Assembly (NCBI GenBank): GCA_039588275.1
Contig: JBDHAC010000027.1
Coordinates: 1 to 64,000 of the forward strand
Origin: Gemmatimonadota bacterium
GTDB lineage: Bacteria > Gemmatimonadota > Gemmatimonadetes > Palauibacterales > Palauibacteraceae
Direction of reading: 5' to 3'
Length of the DNA: 64,000 nt
Shown here: in pieces, positions 27,418-35,720 of the stretch
Position numbering within the stretch: the stretch's first letter is position 1
Layout: each line of letters opens with the position of its first letter
Program-made: the position numbers and the translations under genes
Notes under the pieces: generated by a model
The model's input: the letters and a program-made list of their open reading frames with translations, nothing else
The model's database searches: none
What the model was told of the DNA's origin: nothing

Positions 27418-28779
27418 CTAGAGGCGGATTGGTGACTGCCTGCCCCCTTCGGGCGGCGATTGTCTACCCAGGTACGAGCGCGTCTCTCGAAGCACGATCC
27501 CCGATAGCAGCAGCAGCCCGACCAGATTCGGGAGCGCCATCAAGGCGAACATCAATCCCGACCAGGACCACACGACGTCCAGTTCCACCACCGCCGAGAT
27601 GGCTACGACCGCGACGAACAGGAAGCGGTAGGGCCGGATCGCACGCCGGCCCGCCAGGTACTCGAGGCTGCGCTCCCCGTAGTACGACCAGCCCAGAATC
27701 GTCGTAAAGGCGAACAGGGCCAGCCCGAAGGTCACAACGAGATCACCGGTGCCGCCCAGCCCGGTGTGGAATGCGAGCTGGGTCATCTGCACACCCTCCC
27801 GCCCTGATTCCCACGCACCTGTCGACAGGATGGCGAGCCCGGTGAAAGAGCACACCACGATCGTGTCGATGAACGTCTGGGTCATCGAAACGAGCGCCTG
27901 GCGCACCGGCTCCCGTGTCTTCGCCGCGGCGGCCGCGATCCCCCCGGTCCCAAGCCCCGATTGGCTCGACAGGGCACCGTGCGCCACACCAAAGCGGGTT
28001 GCCTCGATGATCGTGTACCCGAGCGCGCCGCCTCCCACCGCGGTTCCCTGAAACGCGCTCTCGAACACGAGCGACAGACTGTCGGGGAGAGCCGAGAGAT
28101 TGAGCGCGATGACCGTACCGGCCGCTCCCAGGTACAGGAGGATCATGATCGGCACGAAGACGCCGGTGAATCTTCCGATGGCGGTGATCCCACCGAGGAG
28201 CACCGCCGCCGCACACACCGCGACGACGATCCCGACGATCCAGTGTGGGACCCCGAACGCGCCGTGCAGGGCATCCGCCACCGCCTGCGACTGGACGCCG
28301 TTTCCTACTCCGAAGGCCGCGAGCGCGGCGAAGCAAGCGAAGGCCAGCGCGAGTCCGCGACCGACTCCACCGCGTATCCCGTGCTCCAGGTAATACATCG
28401 GGCCGCCGGCCTTCTCCCCACGCGAGTCCGTCTCGCGAAACCGAACGCCGAGCACGGCTTCCGAGTACTTGACCGCCATCGCGAAGATCCCGGTCACCCA
28501 CATCCAGAAGAGCGCCCCCGGTCCCCCGGCCCCGATCGCGACGGCCACTCCGACGATGTTGCCGGTGCCCACGGTGGCGGACATCGCGGTCATGAGCGCC
28601 TGGAAGTGCGAGATGTCCCCGTCACCCCCTCTCTCCGACCGTCTTACGAGCGCCAGGGACAAAGCCGATCGAAGCCTTCGTAGCTGGAGACCACGGAGGA
28701 GGATGGTGAGGTAGAGACCGACCCCGACCAGGAGGATCGGGAGCGGTACCCCCCAGATCCAATCATGCGCGGTGGTCAC
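27418..28779 (-). CDS. Sodium:alanine/glycine symporter (AGCS/AlsT family)
   Basis: TVGTGNIVGVA, GGPGALFWMW, GGPMYY, TFIDTIVVC, MALPN. Confidence 0.92.
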   Translation of the reverse strand: MTTAHDWIWGVPLPILLVGVGLYLTILLRGLQLRRLRSALSLALVRRSERGGDGDISHFQALMTAMSATVGTGNIVGVAVAIGAGGPGALFWMWVTGIFAMAVKYSEAVLGVRFRETDSRGEKAGGPMYYLEHGIRGGVGRGLALAFACFAALAAFGVGNGVQSQAVADALHGAFGVPHWIVGIVVAVCAAAVLLGGITAIGRFTGVFVPIMILLYLGAAGTVIALNLSALPDSLSLVFESAFQGTAVGGGALGYTIIEATRFGVAHGALSSQSGLGTGGIAAAAAKTREPVRQALVSMTQTFIDTIVVCSFTGLAILSTGAWESGREGVQMTQLAFHTGLGGTGDLVVTFGLALFAFTTILGWSYYGERSLEYLAGRRAIRPYRFLFVAVVAISAVVELDVVWSWSGLMFALMALPNLVGLLLLSGIVLRETRSYLGRQSPPEGGRQSPIRL

Positions 28780-28891
28780 GATCCCGTGAATGGTCGAGTC
28801 TCCGTGGTCTGATAGCTGGTCGCTGAGTCCGGTGGGCGGCCGACCCGTCCCGGTACCGGTAGGCCGCGCGTCGCGCTCCGCCGCGGCCGAC

Positions 28892-28921
28892 AGGTTAGAC
28901 GGCGGTCGAGGGAGGCGTCAA
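28892..28921 (-). promoter_or_regulatory. sigma70-type promoter for the AGCS gene
   Basis: Minus strand TTGACG-N18-TAACCT. Confidence 0.5.
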
Positions 28922-28960
28922 CCATCGACCTGCACACGTCCGGCGAGTGCCCACGGCTGA

Positions 28961-28989
28961 TTGACGTCCGGGGTCCCGGGCGCTAACCG
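28961..28989 (+). promoter_or_regulatory. sigma70-type promoter for the DEAD-like gene (divergent)
   Basis: TTGACG-N17-TAACCG. Confidence 0.4.
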
Positions 28990-29094
28990 TTGGAAGAGTC
29001 ATCGGATCGCAGCGCGATCCTTCCCCCCAGAGCGCGGGTACGCGATTGAGTCGACCATCACCCAAGCAGCCACTGCCGACCGGGTCCGAGTCCG

Positions 29095-30633
29095 ATGGTG
29101 ACGGGTAAGGTCACGCAGCCGGACATGGCTCAGGCGTGTCACTCGCTCGGCTACGCCGACACCCCCGAGTTGGTCGAGGAGCTCGCGCGCGCCGTCGAGC
29201 GGGGTCACCACATCGCCTTGATCGCCGCGGAGGGATCGGGCTCGGAGCTGCTCTACGGACTCGCTGCGAGCGGCCTCGTTGCCGGGGGCGAGGACGGCCT
29301 TCAGGCGCTAGTACTTACCGCCACGCCGGAGCGCGCCGCGCGCTGCGCCCGGGCCGTCCACGCGGTTGGCCGGTCGCGGGGTCTCGAGGCTCTGCTGTGG
29401 CCTCCGAGATCCGTCTCCGACGAGACGAAGAGCGTGGCGGGCGGTCAGATAGTCGTCGGCCGGCCGGAACAGGTGCTCTCCGCTGTCCGCGCGGGTCGGC
29501 TGGGGCTCGCTGCCCTGCGTCTACTCGTCATCGATGATGTCGTCGCCCTGGAGGAGGCGTGGCCCGTCATCGAGACGCTGCTCGACACGTGCGGGCCGGA
29601 TACGCAGAAGATCGCCTGCGCCCATGCGCCGAGCGCACGGCTAGACGAGCTCATCGACAGACAGCTTCCCCGCGCGAGGCGGTGGCCCATGGAGCTCTTC
29701 CCGACGCCGGGAGGGGAGATCGCCGGGCCTTCCGATCGCGACCCTCCCGTCCGCTACGCCCTCGCCGCAGGTGAGGAGGCGCTTCTCCGGCGGCTGGGCG
29801 AGGCCCTGCACGCGGTCGCCCGTTCGGGGGACGAAGAACGAGTCGCGATCCGTTGCCTGACGCCGGAGATGGTCCCGAGGGTCGAAGCGAGCCTGGCGAC
29901 GGAAGGATTCGGCATCGCGACGGAGTCCGAGGGGGCGGGCGTCCGCGTGGGCGTCGAACCGGCCGCTCCCGGGGGCCGGGTAGACGTGGCGGTAGCATTC
30001 GGGCTGCCTGCCCGGGCCGACGTACTACGGACCGCCCTCGCGGGGGCGTCGAATCGTCTGGCGGTGGTCGAAAGCCGTCACGCCGCTCAGCTCGAGCTCA
30101 CGATACGGCGACTCGGTTGGCGGCTGGAGCCGCTGGGGACGGCGCTCAGCCAGGCCGTGAGCGATGAGCTGCACCGGTTTCGCGCCGAGGTGAGATCGGA
30201 GATCGACTCGGGCGACCTCGGAGGCCCGCTCCTGATATTGGAGCCCCTGATCGAGGAGCTGGGAGCGGAGGCCGTCGCCGGCGCGCTCGCCTCGTTGCTT
30301 CGTCGCCGGCCCGCCTCAGCGGGAGACGCGGGGGAAGCCGCCGACGCCGGGATGAGAGCACCGGACGCGAACGTGGAGCGGGTCATGCGCCGGGCCTGGA
30401 CCCGGGTGTTCGTGGGAGTGGGAAAGCGGGACGGCGCGGGTCCCGGGGACCTGGTCGGCGCGATCACCGGAGAGACGGGCACGCAGGGGGCGCAGATCGG
30501 GCGAATCGAAGTGCGCGGGAGCTATTCGCTCGTGGAGGTCGATTCACAGGTAGCGGACGAGGTGGTGCGAAGGCTCCGCGGCATCCGAATCAAGGGTCGA
30601 GACGTGACCGCGAGGCTGGATCGCGACCGATGA
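29095..30633 (+). CDS. Degenerate DEAD-box helicase-like protein with DbpA RNA-binding domain
   Basis: QALVLTAT, IVVGRP, LLVIDD remnants; C-terminal FVGVGKRDG..PGDLVGAI..E...IGRIEV..SYSLVEV. Start uncertain. Confidence 0.8.
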   Translation: MVTGKVTQPDMAQACHSLGYADTPELVEELARAVERGHHIALIAAEGSGSELLYGLAASGLVAGGEDGLQALVLTATPERAARCARAVHAVGRSRGLEALLWPPRSVSDETKSVAGGQIVVGRPEQVLSAVRAGRLGLAALRLLVIDDVVALEEAWPVIETLLDTCGPDTQKIACAHAPSARLDELIDRQLPRARRWPMELFPTPGGEIAGPSDRDPPVRYALAAGEEALLRRLGEALHAVARSGDEERVAIRCLTPEMVPRVEASLATEGFGIATESEGAGVRVGVEPAAPGGRVDVAVAFGLPARADVLRTALAGASNRLAVVESRHAAQLELTIRRLGWRLEPLGTALSQAVSDELHRFRAEVRSEIDSGDLGGPLLILEPLIEELGAEAVAGALASLLRRRPASAGDAGEAADAGMRAPDANVERVMRRAWTRVFVGVGKRDGAGPGDLVGAITGETGTQGAQIGRIEVRGSYSLVEVDSQVADEVVRRLRGIRIKGRDVTARLDRDR

Positions 30634-30655
30634 GCGGGCGCCCGACCATGGCCGA

Positions 30656-30940
30656 TCAATTGAGCGAGTCGCGCAGGCCCTTCCCTGCCCGGAAGCTGGC
30701 GGTCCACGTGGCCGGGATCCGAATCCGCTCGCCCGTCCGGGGATTCCGTCCGGCGCGCGCGGCTCGGCGTCTGGCCTCGAACGTCCCGAACCCGGTGATC
30801 TTGACCTTCTGGTTCTTGCGGAGCGTGCGAGCGATGATGCCCCGGTCCGGATCAAAGAGGACCTCCACGGTCCTTTGCGAGTCGGTTCGGGTGAGCCCGG
30901 CGTCCGCGGCGAGCGCGTCGATCAACTCGGTCCTGTTCAC
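30656..30940 (-). CDS. HU/IHF family DNA-binding protein
   Basis: MNRTELIDALA, ITGFGTF, GRNPRTGE, FRAGK.L. Confidence 0.93.
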   Translation of the reverse strand: MNRTELIDALAADAGLTRTDSQRTVEVLFDPDRGIIARTLRKNQKVKITGFGTFEARRRAARAGRNPRTGERIRIPATWTASFRAGKGLRDSLN

Positions 30941-31027
30941 CTCGACTCCTGTATCTCGATGGGGTGAGATTCTCGTGATTCGGCCCGGCTCATTGCGTAA
31001 CTCGAGTGTCCTGGAGCGTCAAGCCAC

Positions 31028-32041
31028 GTGAACCGATTCCGCCAGCGTGTCCTCGCCGCGCTTGCGTTCATCTTCACGCTCGTCACCATCGGGACCATCG
31101 GCTTCGTCCGCCTTCCCGGCTGGAGCTTCTCGGACGCGGTGTTCATGACGGTCATCACCCTGTCGGCCGTCGGCTACCAGGAGGTACACCCCCTGGATGA
31201 GGCCGGACGGGCCCTGGCCACCTTCCTCATCTTCGGAGGACTGACGGCGCTCGGGGTCTGGTTCGCGATCATCACGTCCGCCATCGTCGAGATGGATCTG
31301 GCGCACACTTTCCGAAGACATCGGACGATGAATACACTCCGGAAGATGAAGAACCACATCGTCGTGTGCGGCGCAGGCCGCATGGGGAGCCAAGTCGTCA
31401 AGGAGCTGGTGAAGTCCCACATCCCGTACGTCGCCATCGAACGTGACGCGGACCAGGTCGAGGTGGTGCGCGAGATCGACGAGGACGCCCCCATCATCGA
31501 GGCGGATGCGACGCACGACGAGACGCTGGTCGAAGCCGGCATCGGGCGGGCGCGCGGCCTGGTCGCCGCGCTGAGCGCGGACACGGACAATCTCTTCGTA
31601 TGCCTGACCGCGCGTGATCTCCAACCCGGGTTGACGATCGTGACGCGGGCCTACGACCAGGACGCCATGAGCAAGCTGCGCAAGGCCGGGGCGGACCACG
31701 TCATCAGCCCCAACATCTCCGGAGGCATACGGATGGCCTCCATGCTCCTGCGGCCGCAGGTGATGAGCTTTCTGGACGTGGTGACCCGGGGCGAGGAGCT
31801 GGAGCTGCTACTCGAGCAGGTTCCGGTCCCCAAGGACTCTCCCCTCGACGGACACACCCTCGCCGAGGCGCAGATTCCCCAAAAGACGGGCCTCGTCGTC
31901 CTCGCCATCAAGCACGGAGAGGAGCGCCGGGAGCCATTCATCTACAACCCCGGGCCGAATGAGCTCGTACGCGCGGGTGATGTGCTGATCGTGTTGGGCA
32001 AGACGGGCCAGATCGACAGCCTGCGCTTCACCCTCGCGTGA
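31028..32041 (+). CDS. Two-TM potassium channel with TrkA-N/TrkA-C (RCK) domains
   Basis: TM-pore (AVGY)-TM, CGAGRMG, TrkA-C with NPGP. Confidence 0.88.
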   Translation: MNRFRQRVLAALAFIFTLVTIGTIGFVRLPGWSFSDAVFMTVITLSAVGYQEVHPLDEAGRALATFLIFGGLTALGVWFAIITSAIVEMDLAHTFRRHRTMNTLRKMKNHIVVCGAGRMGSQVVKELVKSHIPYVAIERDADQVEVVREIDEDAPIIEADATHDETLVEAGIGRARGLVAALSADTDNLFVCLTARDLQPGLTIVTRAYDQDAMSKLRKAGADHVISPNISGGIRMASMLLRPQVMSFLDVVTRGEELELLLEQVPVPKDSPLDGHTLAEAQIPQKTGLVVLAIKHGEERREPFIYNPGPNELVRAGDVLIVLGKTGQIDSLRFTLA

Positions 32042-33054
32042 TCGAATGGGCTCGCCGTCATCCGTGGCGCGCGAGCTTCAGCCTGGTGGCACTCGCGGGC
32101 GCCTCGATCGTCCTCCTCCTCCTGGCTACGCTCCCGCGGGTTCGCGCCCTCCAGACAGGGTTTCCCGAGCAAACCGCGTACATGAAGGCCTGGCTGCGGG
32201 GCGAGGCACCCGAAGCCGAGCGAGTCGCCTATCGCCCAGTGCCTTTGTCGCGGATTCCGCAGTCGGTGCAGCGGGCCGTGCTGGTCTCCGAGGACGCTTC
32301 CTTCTTCGGGCACCGCGGTTTCGACTGGTTCGAGGTGCGGGAAGCCGTGCGCGAGGCGTGGGAAGAGCGGCGGTTTCCACGTGGTGCGAGCACGATCTCG
32401 CAACAACTGGCACGCAACCTCTTCCTCTCCCCCGCCCGCACGCCGCTTCGCAAGGTCCGCGAAGCCCTCATCGCGCGGCGGCTGGAGGGCGCGCTCTCCA
32501 AGACCCGCATCCTGGAGCTTTACCTGAACGTGATCGAGTTCGGTCCGGGCGTATACGGAGTGGACGCGGCGGCGCGGCGCTACTTCGGGGTCGGAGTGGA
32601 GGGGGTGAGCAGGCGGCAGGCCGCTGAGCTAGCGGCCACGATCCCTTCCCCGCGGCGGAACAATCCCGCCTCCCGGACGGCCTCCTTCCGGCGCCGGGCG
32701 GATCTCGCGTATCGGCGCGCGTTCGGGAACGAATCCGGGCGGATCGAGCCAGAAGGAGAGCTCATGCCCCCGCCTGCACTCGTGGATTCAGTCGCCCCGC
32801 CGGAGTTGGATCCCGCACCGGGGGTGCGTCCCGACTCCAGCGCACTCGGGGCAGCGCTCGACTCGGCCTCGGCGCCTCCGCCTGATACCGTGCCCGCGGG
32901 TGGAGCCGGCCGGCATCAGGCGGCCGGAACCCCCTCCCCGCCTTTGGTCGCGTCGAAGAACGGCGCCCATTTCTCCTTCGGGGACGGGCGCGTGGCGAGG
33001 CTCACGACGATCAGCAGCGTCATCGAGATCAGGACGCCCGGGATCACGATGTAG
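32038..33054 (+). CDS. mtgA: Monofunctional peptidoglycan transglycosylase
   Basis: SEDASF..H.G, GASTISQQLARNLFL, RK..E, K..ILELYLN; C-terminal extension overlaps the convergent gene. Confidence 0.88.
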   Translation: MIEWARRHPWRASFSLVALAGASIVLLLLATLPRVRALQTGFPEQTAYMKAWLRGEAPEAERVAYRPVPLSRIPQSVQRAVLVSEDASFFGHRGFDWFEVREAVREAWEERRFPRGASTISQQLARNLFLSPARTPLRKVREALIARRLEGALSKTRILELYLNVIEFGPGVYGVDAAARRYFGVGVEGVSRRQAAELAATIPSPRRNNPASRTASFRRRADLAYRRAFGNESGRIEPEGELMPPPALVDSVAPPELDPAPGVRPDSSALGAALDSASAPPPDTVPAGGAGRHQAAGTPSPPLVASKNGAHFSFGDGRVARLTTISSVIEIRTPGITM

Positions 33055-34424
33055 TCGCTGGCCGCGAAATCGAACAGCGTTCCCCCGAGCGTCATCGAGA
33101 AATCGACGCCGAGACGATCCAGGACCGCGACCCCGACGATGCTCCCCAGCCCACCCGCGATGCATGCCACACCGCCCTGCGGGGTGACCCGTTTCCACAG
33201 GAAAGCCGCCAGCAACGCCGGCGTGAGGCTGGCACCGACGAGCGAGTAGGCGTACAGCGCCATCGCGAGCACGCTCTGGAACTGCGTGAGCAGGACGAGC
33301 GCGAGCCCTCCGAACAGCACCACGAACGTCCGCTGCAGATTCAGCTTCGCCTTCTCGGAGGCTTCCGGATTGATGAACCGTTCGTAGATGTCACGACTCA
33401 CGTTCGTGGACGGAACCAGCAGGAACGTGTTTCCGGTCGAGAGCACGATCGCGACCGCGGAGGCCAACAGGATCGCCCCACCGATCATCGGGAGCCCGTT
33501 GCGCGCGATATGCAGGATCACCGTCTCGGACGCCTCGCGTCCACCCATCCAGGTGGCGGTGGCCAGCTCCGGGTACACGGCCCGGCCGACGACGCCCAGG
33601 AGCGCGATCACGACTTCGATGACCACGATCCCGATGAGCATCCCGATGACCGCTTTGCGCGCGGCGTTCTCGTTCTTGGCGGAGAAGAACTTCTGATACA
33701 TCCCGCTCTCGCCCAGAATGAGCAGGAACGTGGGCATGGCCACGCCGACCACCCACAGGATGTTGTGACCGCCGAGCGCCGTGGTGTGGCCGCTTGGGAG
33801 CGCGGCTATGACCTCACCGATTCCCCCGTTCGCGAACACCAGGTACGGGAGCGCGAGGAGCACGCCGACCGTGATGATGATCCCGTTGAAGATGTCCACC
33901 GTCACGATCGACACCATCCCGGCCAGGGCCGTGAACAGGACGATGGCCGCCGCGGTGATCAGCATGCCGGCCGTTGGCGAGATGGCTCCATCGGTGACGA
34001 TGTTGAGGATCCAGCCGCCGCCGCGGAACTGGTACGCGGCGATCGTCACGTAGGCGAGAATGATCGCGAGCGTGCCCAACAGACGCGCCGAGGCGTTGTA
34101 GCGCTGCTCGAGCAGGTCCGGCACCGTGTACTTGGCGATCCGCCGCACCCGGTGCGCGAGGAAGTAGGCGACCACGAGACCCACCCACCCCCCGGACGAG
34201 AACCACAGCTCGCTGACTCCGCTCCGGTAGGCGAGTCCCGCGCCACCGAAAAGCGAGCCCGACCCGATCCACGTACAGACGAGCGTCCCGACGAGCATCG
34301 CCACGGGCACGGATCGGCCCGCGACCATAAAGTCCGCGTGGCTCTTGACGGCGCGGGATCGCCACAGGCTGACCGCGATGAGGATCAGTGGGTACGCGAT
34401 GACCGCGATCACGAGCAGATTCAT
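32916..34424 (-). CDS. Sodium:solute symporter
   Basis: DFMVAGR, TWIGSGS, TVPDLLEQRY; many TM helices. Confidence 0.9.
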   Translation of the reverse strand: MNLLVIAVIAYPLILIAVSLWRSRAVKSHADFMVAGRSVPVAMLVGTLVCTWIGSGSLFGGAGLAYRSGVSELWFSSGGWVGLVVAYFLAHRVRRIAKYTVPDLLEQRYNASARLLGTLAIILAYVTIAAYQFRGGGWILNIVTDGAISPTAGMLITAAAIVLFTALAGMVSIVTVDIFNGIIITVGVLLALPYLVFANGGIGEVIAALPSGHTTALGGHNILWVVGVAMPTFLLILGESGMYQKFFSAKNENAARKAVIGMLIGIVVIEVVIALLGVVGRAVYPELATATWMGGREASETVILHIARNGLPMIGGAILLASAVAIVLSTGNTFLLVPSTNVSRDIYERFINPEASEKAKLNLQRTFVVLFGGLALVLLTQFQSVLAMALYAYSLVGASLTPALLAAFLWKRVTPQGGVACIAGGLGSIVGVAVLDRLGVDFSMTLGGTLFDFAASDYIVIPGVLISMTLLIVVSLATRPSPKEKWAPFFDATKGGEGVPAA

Positions 34425-34446
34425 TGAATGACTCCCGCGGTTAGCA

Positions 34447-34489
34447 GTTCTTCAGCGACCTGCCCGTAGCCGTTCTTCAGCGGCCTGCC
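34447..34489. repeat. Two 18-bp direct repeats GTTCTTCAGCG(A/G)CCTGCC
   Basis: 34447-34464 and 34472-34489, one mismatch. Confidence 0.75.
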
Positions 34490-34511
34490 GGCATCGGGTT
34501 GTGGAAGGACC

Positions 34512-35192
34512 TCAGTCCTCGTTCGGGTCCATCCCCATGCGCCGTTTCAGCTCACGAAGCATCTCATCCGCATCCGCCTCACGGCGAGCACGCTCTGACT
34601 GGAAGTCGCGGGGGATGGGCTCCGAGGCGAGCGGATCCAGCTCTCTCTCCAGTTCCTGCCGCGCCGAATCCACATCGGTCTCGCGGCTCACCTTCTCGGC
34701 CATGCGGTCGAACGCGTCCACCGCGTCGAAGCCCGAGGTACGCGAGTCGATCGCCTTCGCTCGTCGAGACTGGACTCCGAGCGCATCGCGTCGCGTCATC
34801 GCTTCCTTGAGCTGCGCGGTCATCTCCTCCACCTCATCGCGGTGCTGCAGGATCTCCGCGCGCGTGGCCTCCGCCTTCATCACGAGCACCTCCAATCGGT
34901 GACGGTGCTGTGACTCGAACCGACGGGCCACGTCGGTGGTCTCGACATCTCCGATCTCTTCAGCCTGCCGGGCCCGCCGATCGCAAGACTCCGCGCGCGC
35001 CTTTTCTTCATCGGCCTGCCGGAGGAGCGACTCGAGAAGGGACTCGAGCTCCGGGATCCGGGTCTTGGTCTCCACCAATTCGTCCCGCATCGCGCCGATC
35101 AAACGATCCACGTCATCGTCGTTCACGCCCTCGAACTTCGACTCCAGTCGGTCGAGCGTCTGATCGAGCATGCGCTTTATCTTGTTGAACAT
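34512..35192 (-). CDS. PspA/IM30 family coiled-coil protein
   Basis: MFNKIKR start, long coiled coil, AFDRMAEKV, L.ELKRRMG ending. Confidence 0.75.
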   Translation of the reverse strand: MFNKIKRMLDQTLDRLESKFEGVNDDDVDRLIGAMRDELVETKTRIPELESLLESLLRQADEEKARAESCDRRARQAEEIGDVETTDVARRFESQHRHRLEVLVMKAEATRAEILQHRDEVEEMTAQLKEAMTRRDALGVQSRRAKAIDSRTSGFDAVDAFDRMAEKVSRETDVDSARQELERELDPLASEPIPRDFQSERARREADADEMLRELKRRMGMDPNED

Positions 35193-35262
35193 GCCGAGCA
35201 GTTTACGGGCGACGGGGCTCCGGCGTCCAGCAGAGTAGGGGAGGATCTTGTCTGGAACCTGT

Positions 35263-35279
35263 ATACCCTACCAGGGTAT
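35263..35279. promoter_or_regulatory. CsoR operator
   Basis: ATACCC-TACCA-GGGTAT palindrome upstream of csoR-copA, matching the known CsoR operator type. Confidence 0.85.
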
Positions 35280-35411
35280 TGTATCGCGTTCGACCTGGGT
35301 CCGTCCCGATCCCCGGCCCAGGGAGGCGCCGATGCCGTCTGGTGGGTGGATGAAGAACACCGAGACCCATCGGCTACGAACCGGAACCCAGCGACACCGG
35401 AGCATGACACG

Positions 35412-35720
35412 ATGACCGTGGACACCACCCCGCCACACGCGATGGGCATCGCGGAAACGACCAGAAGGGACCTGCTGACTCGTCTCGCGCGGATCCGAGG
35501 ACAGGTCGAGGGGATCGGCCGCATGATCGAGGAGGAGCGTTATTGCCCGGACATCCTCCAACAGTTCGCGGCCGTGCACGCGGCTCTTCGGTCGGCCGAA
35601 AAGGAGCTTCTCGCCAACCACCTGGAGCGCTGCGCCACGCACGCGATCTCCGAGGGGGGCGAGGCCGCCGACGAGGTCCGGCGGGAGATCGTGGACCTGT
35701 TTCATCGGTTCGTGCGATGA
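35412..35720 (+). CDS. csoR: Copper-sensing repressor
   Basis: [25 protein letters not shown]...HL..C (C-H-C ligands). Start uncertain. Confidence 0.88.
   Translation: MTVDTTPPHAMGIAETTRRDLLTRLARIRGQVEGIGRMIEEERYCPDILQQFAAVHAALRSAEKELLANHLERCATHAISEGGEAADEVRREIVDLFHRFVR

Noticed and set aside
28780..29094. Glycine riboswitch upstream of the AGCS symporter
   Set aside because: Characteristic GGAGA/CCGAAG/CTCTCAGG elements not found; the region is explained by divergent promoters
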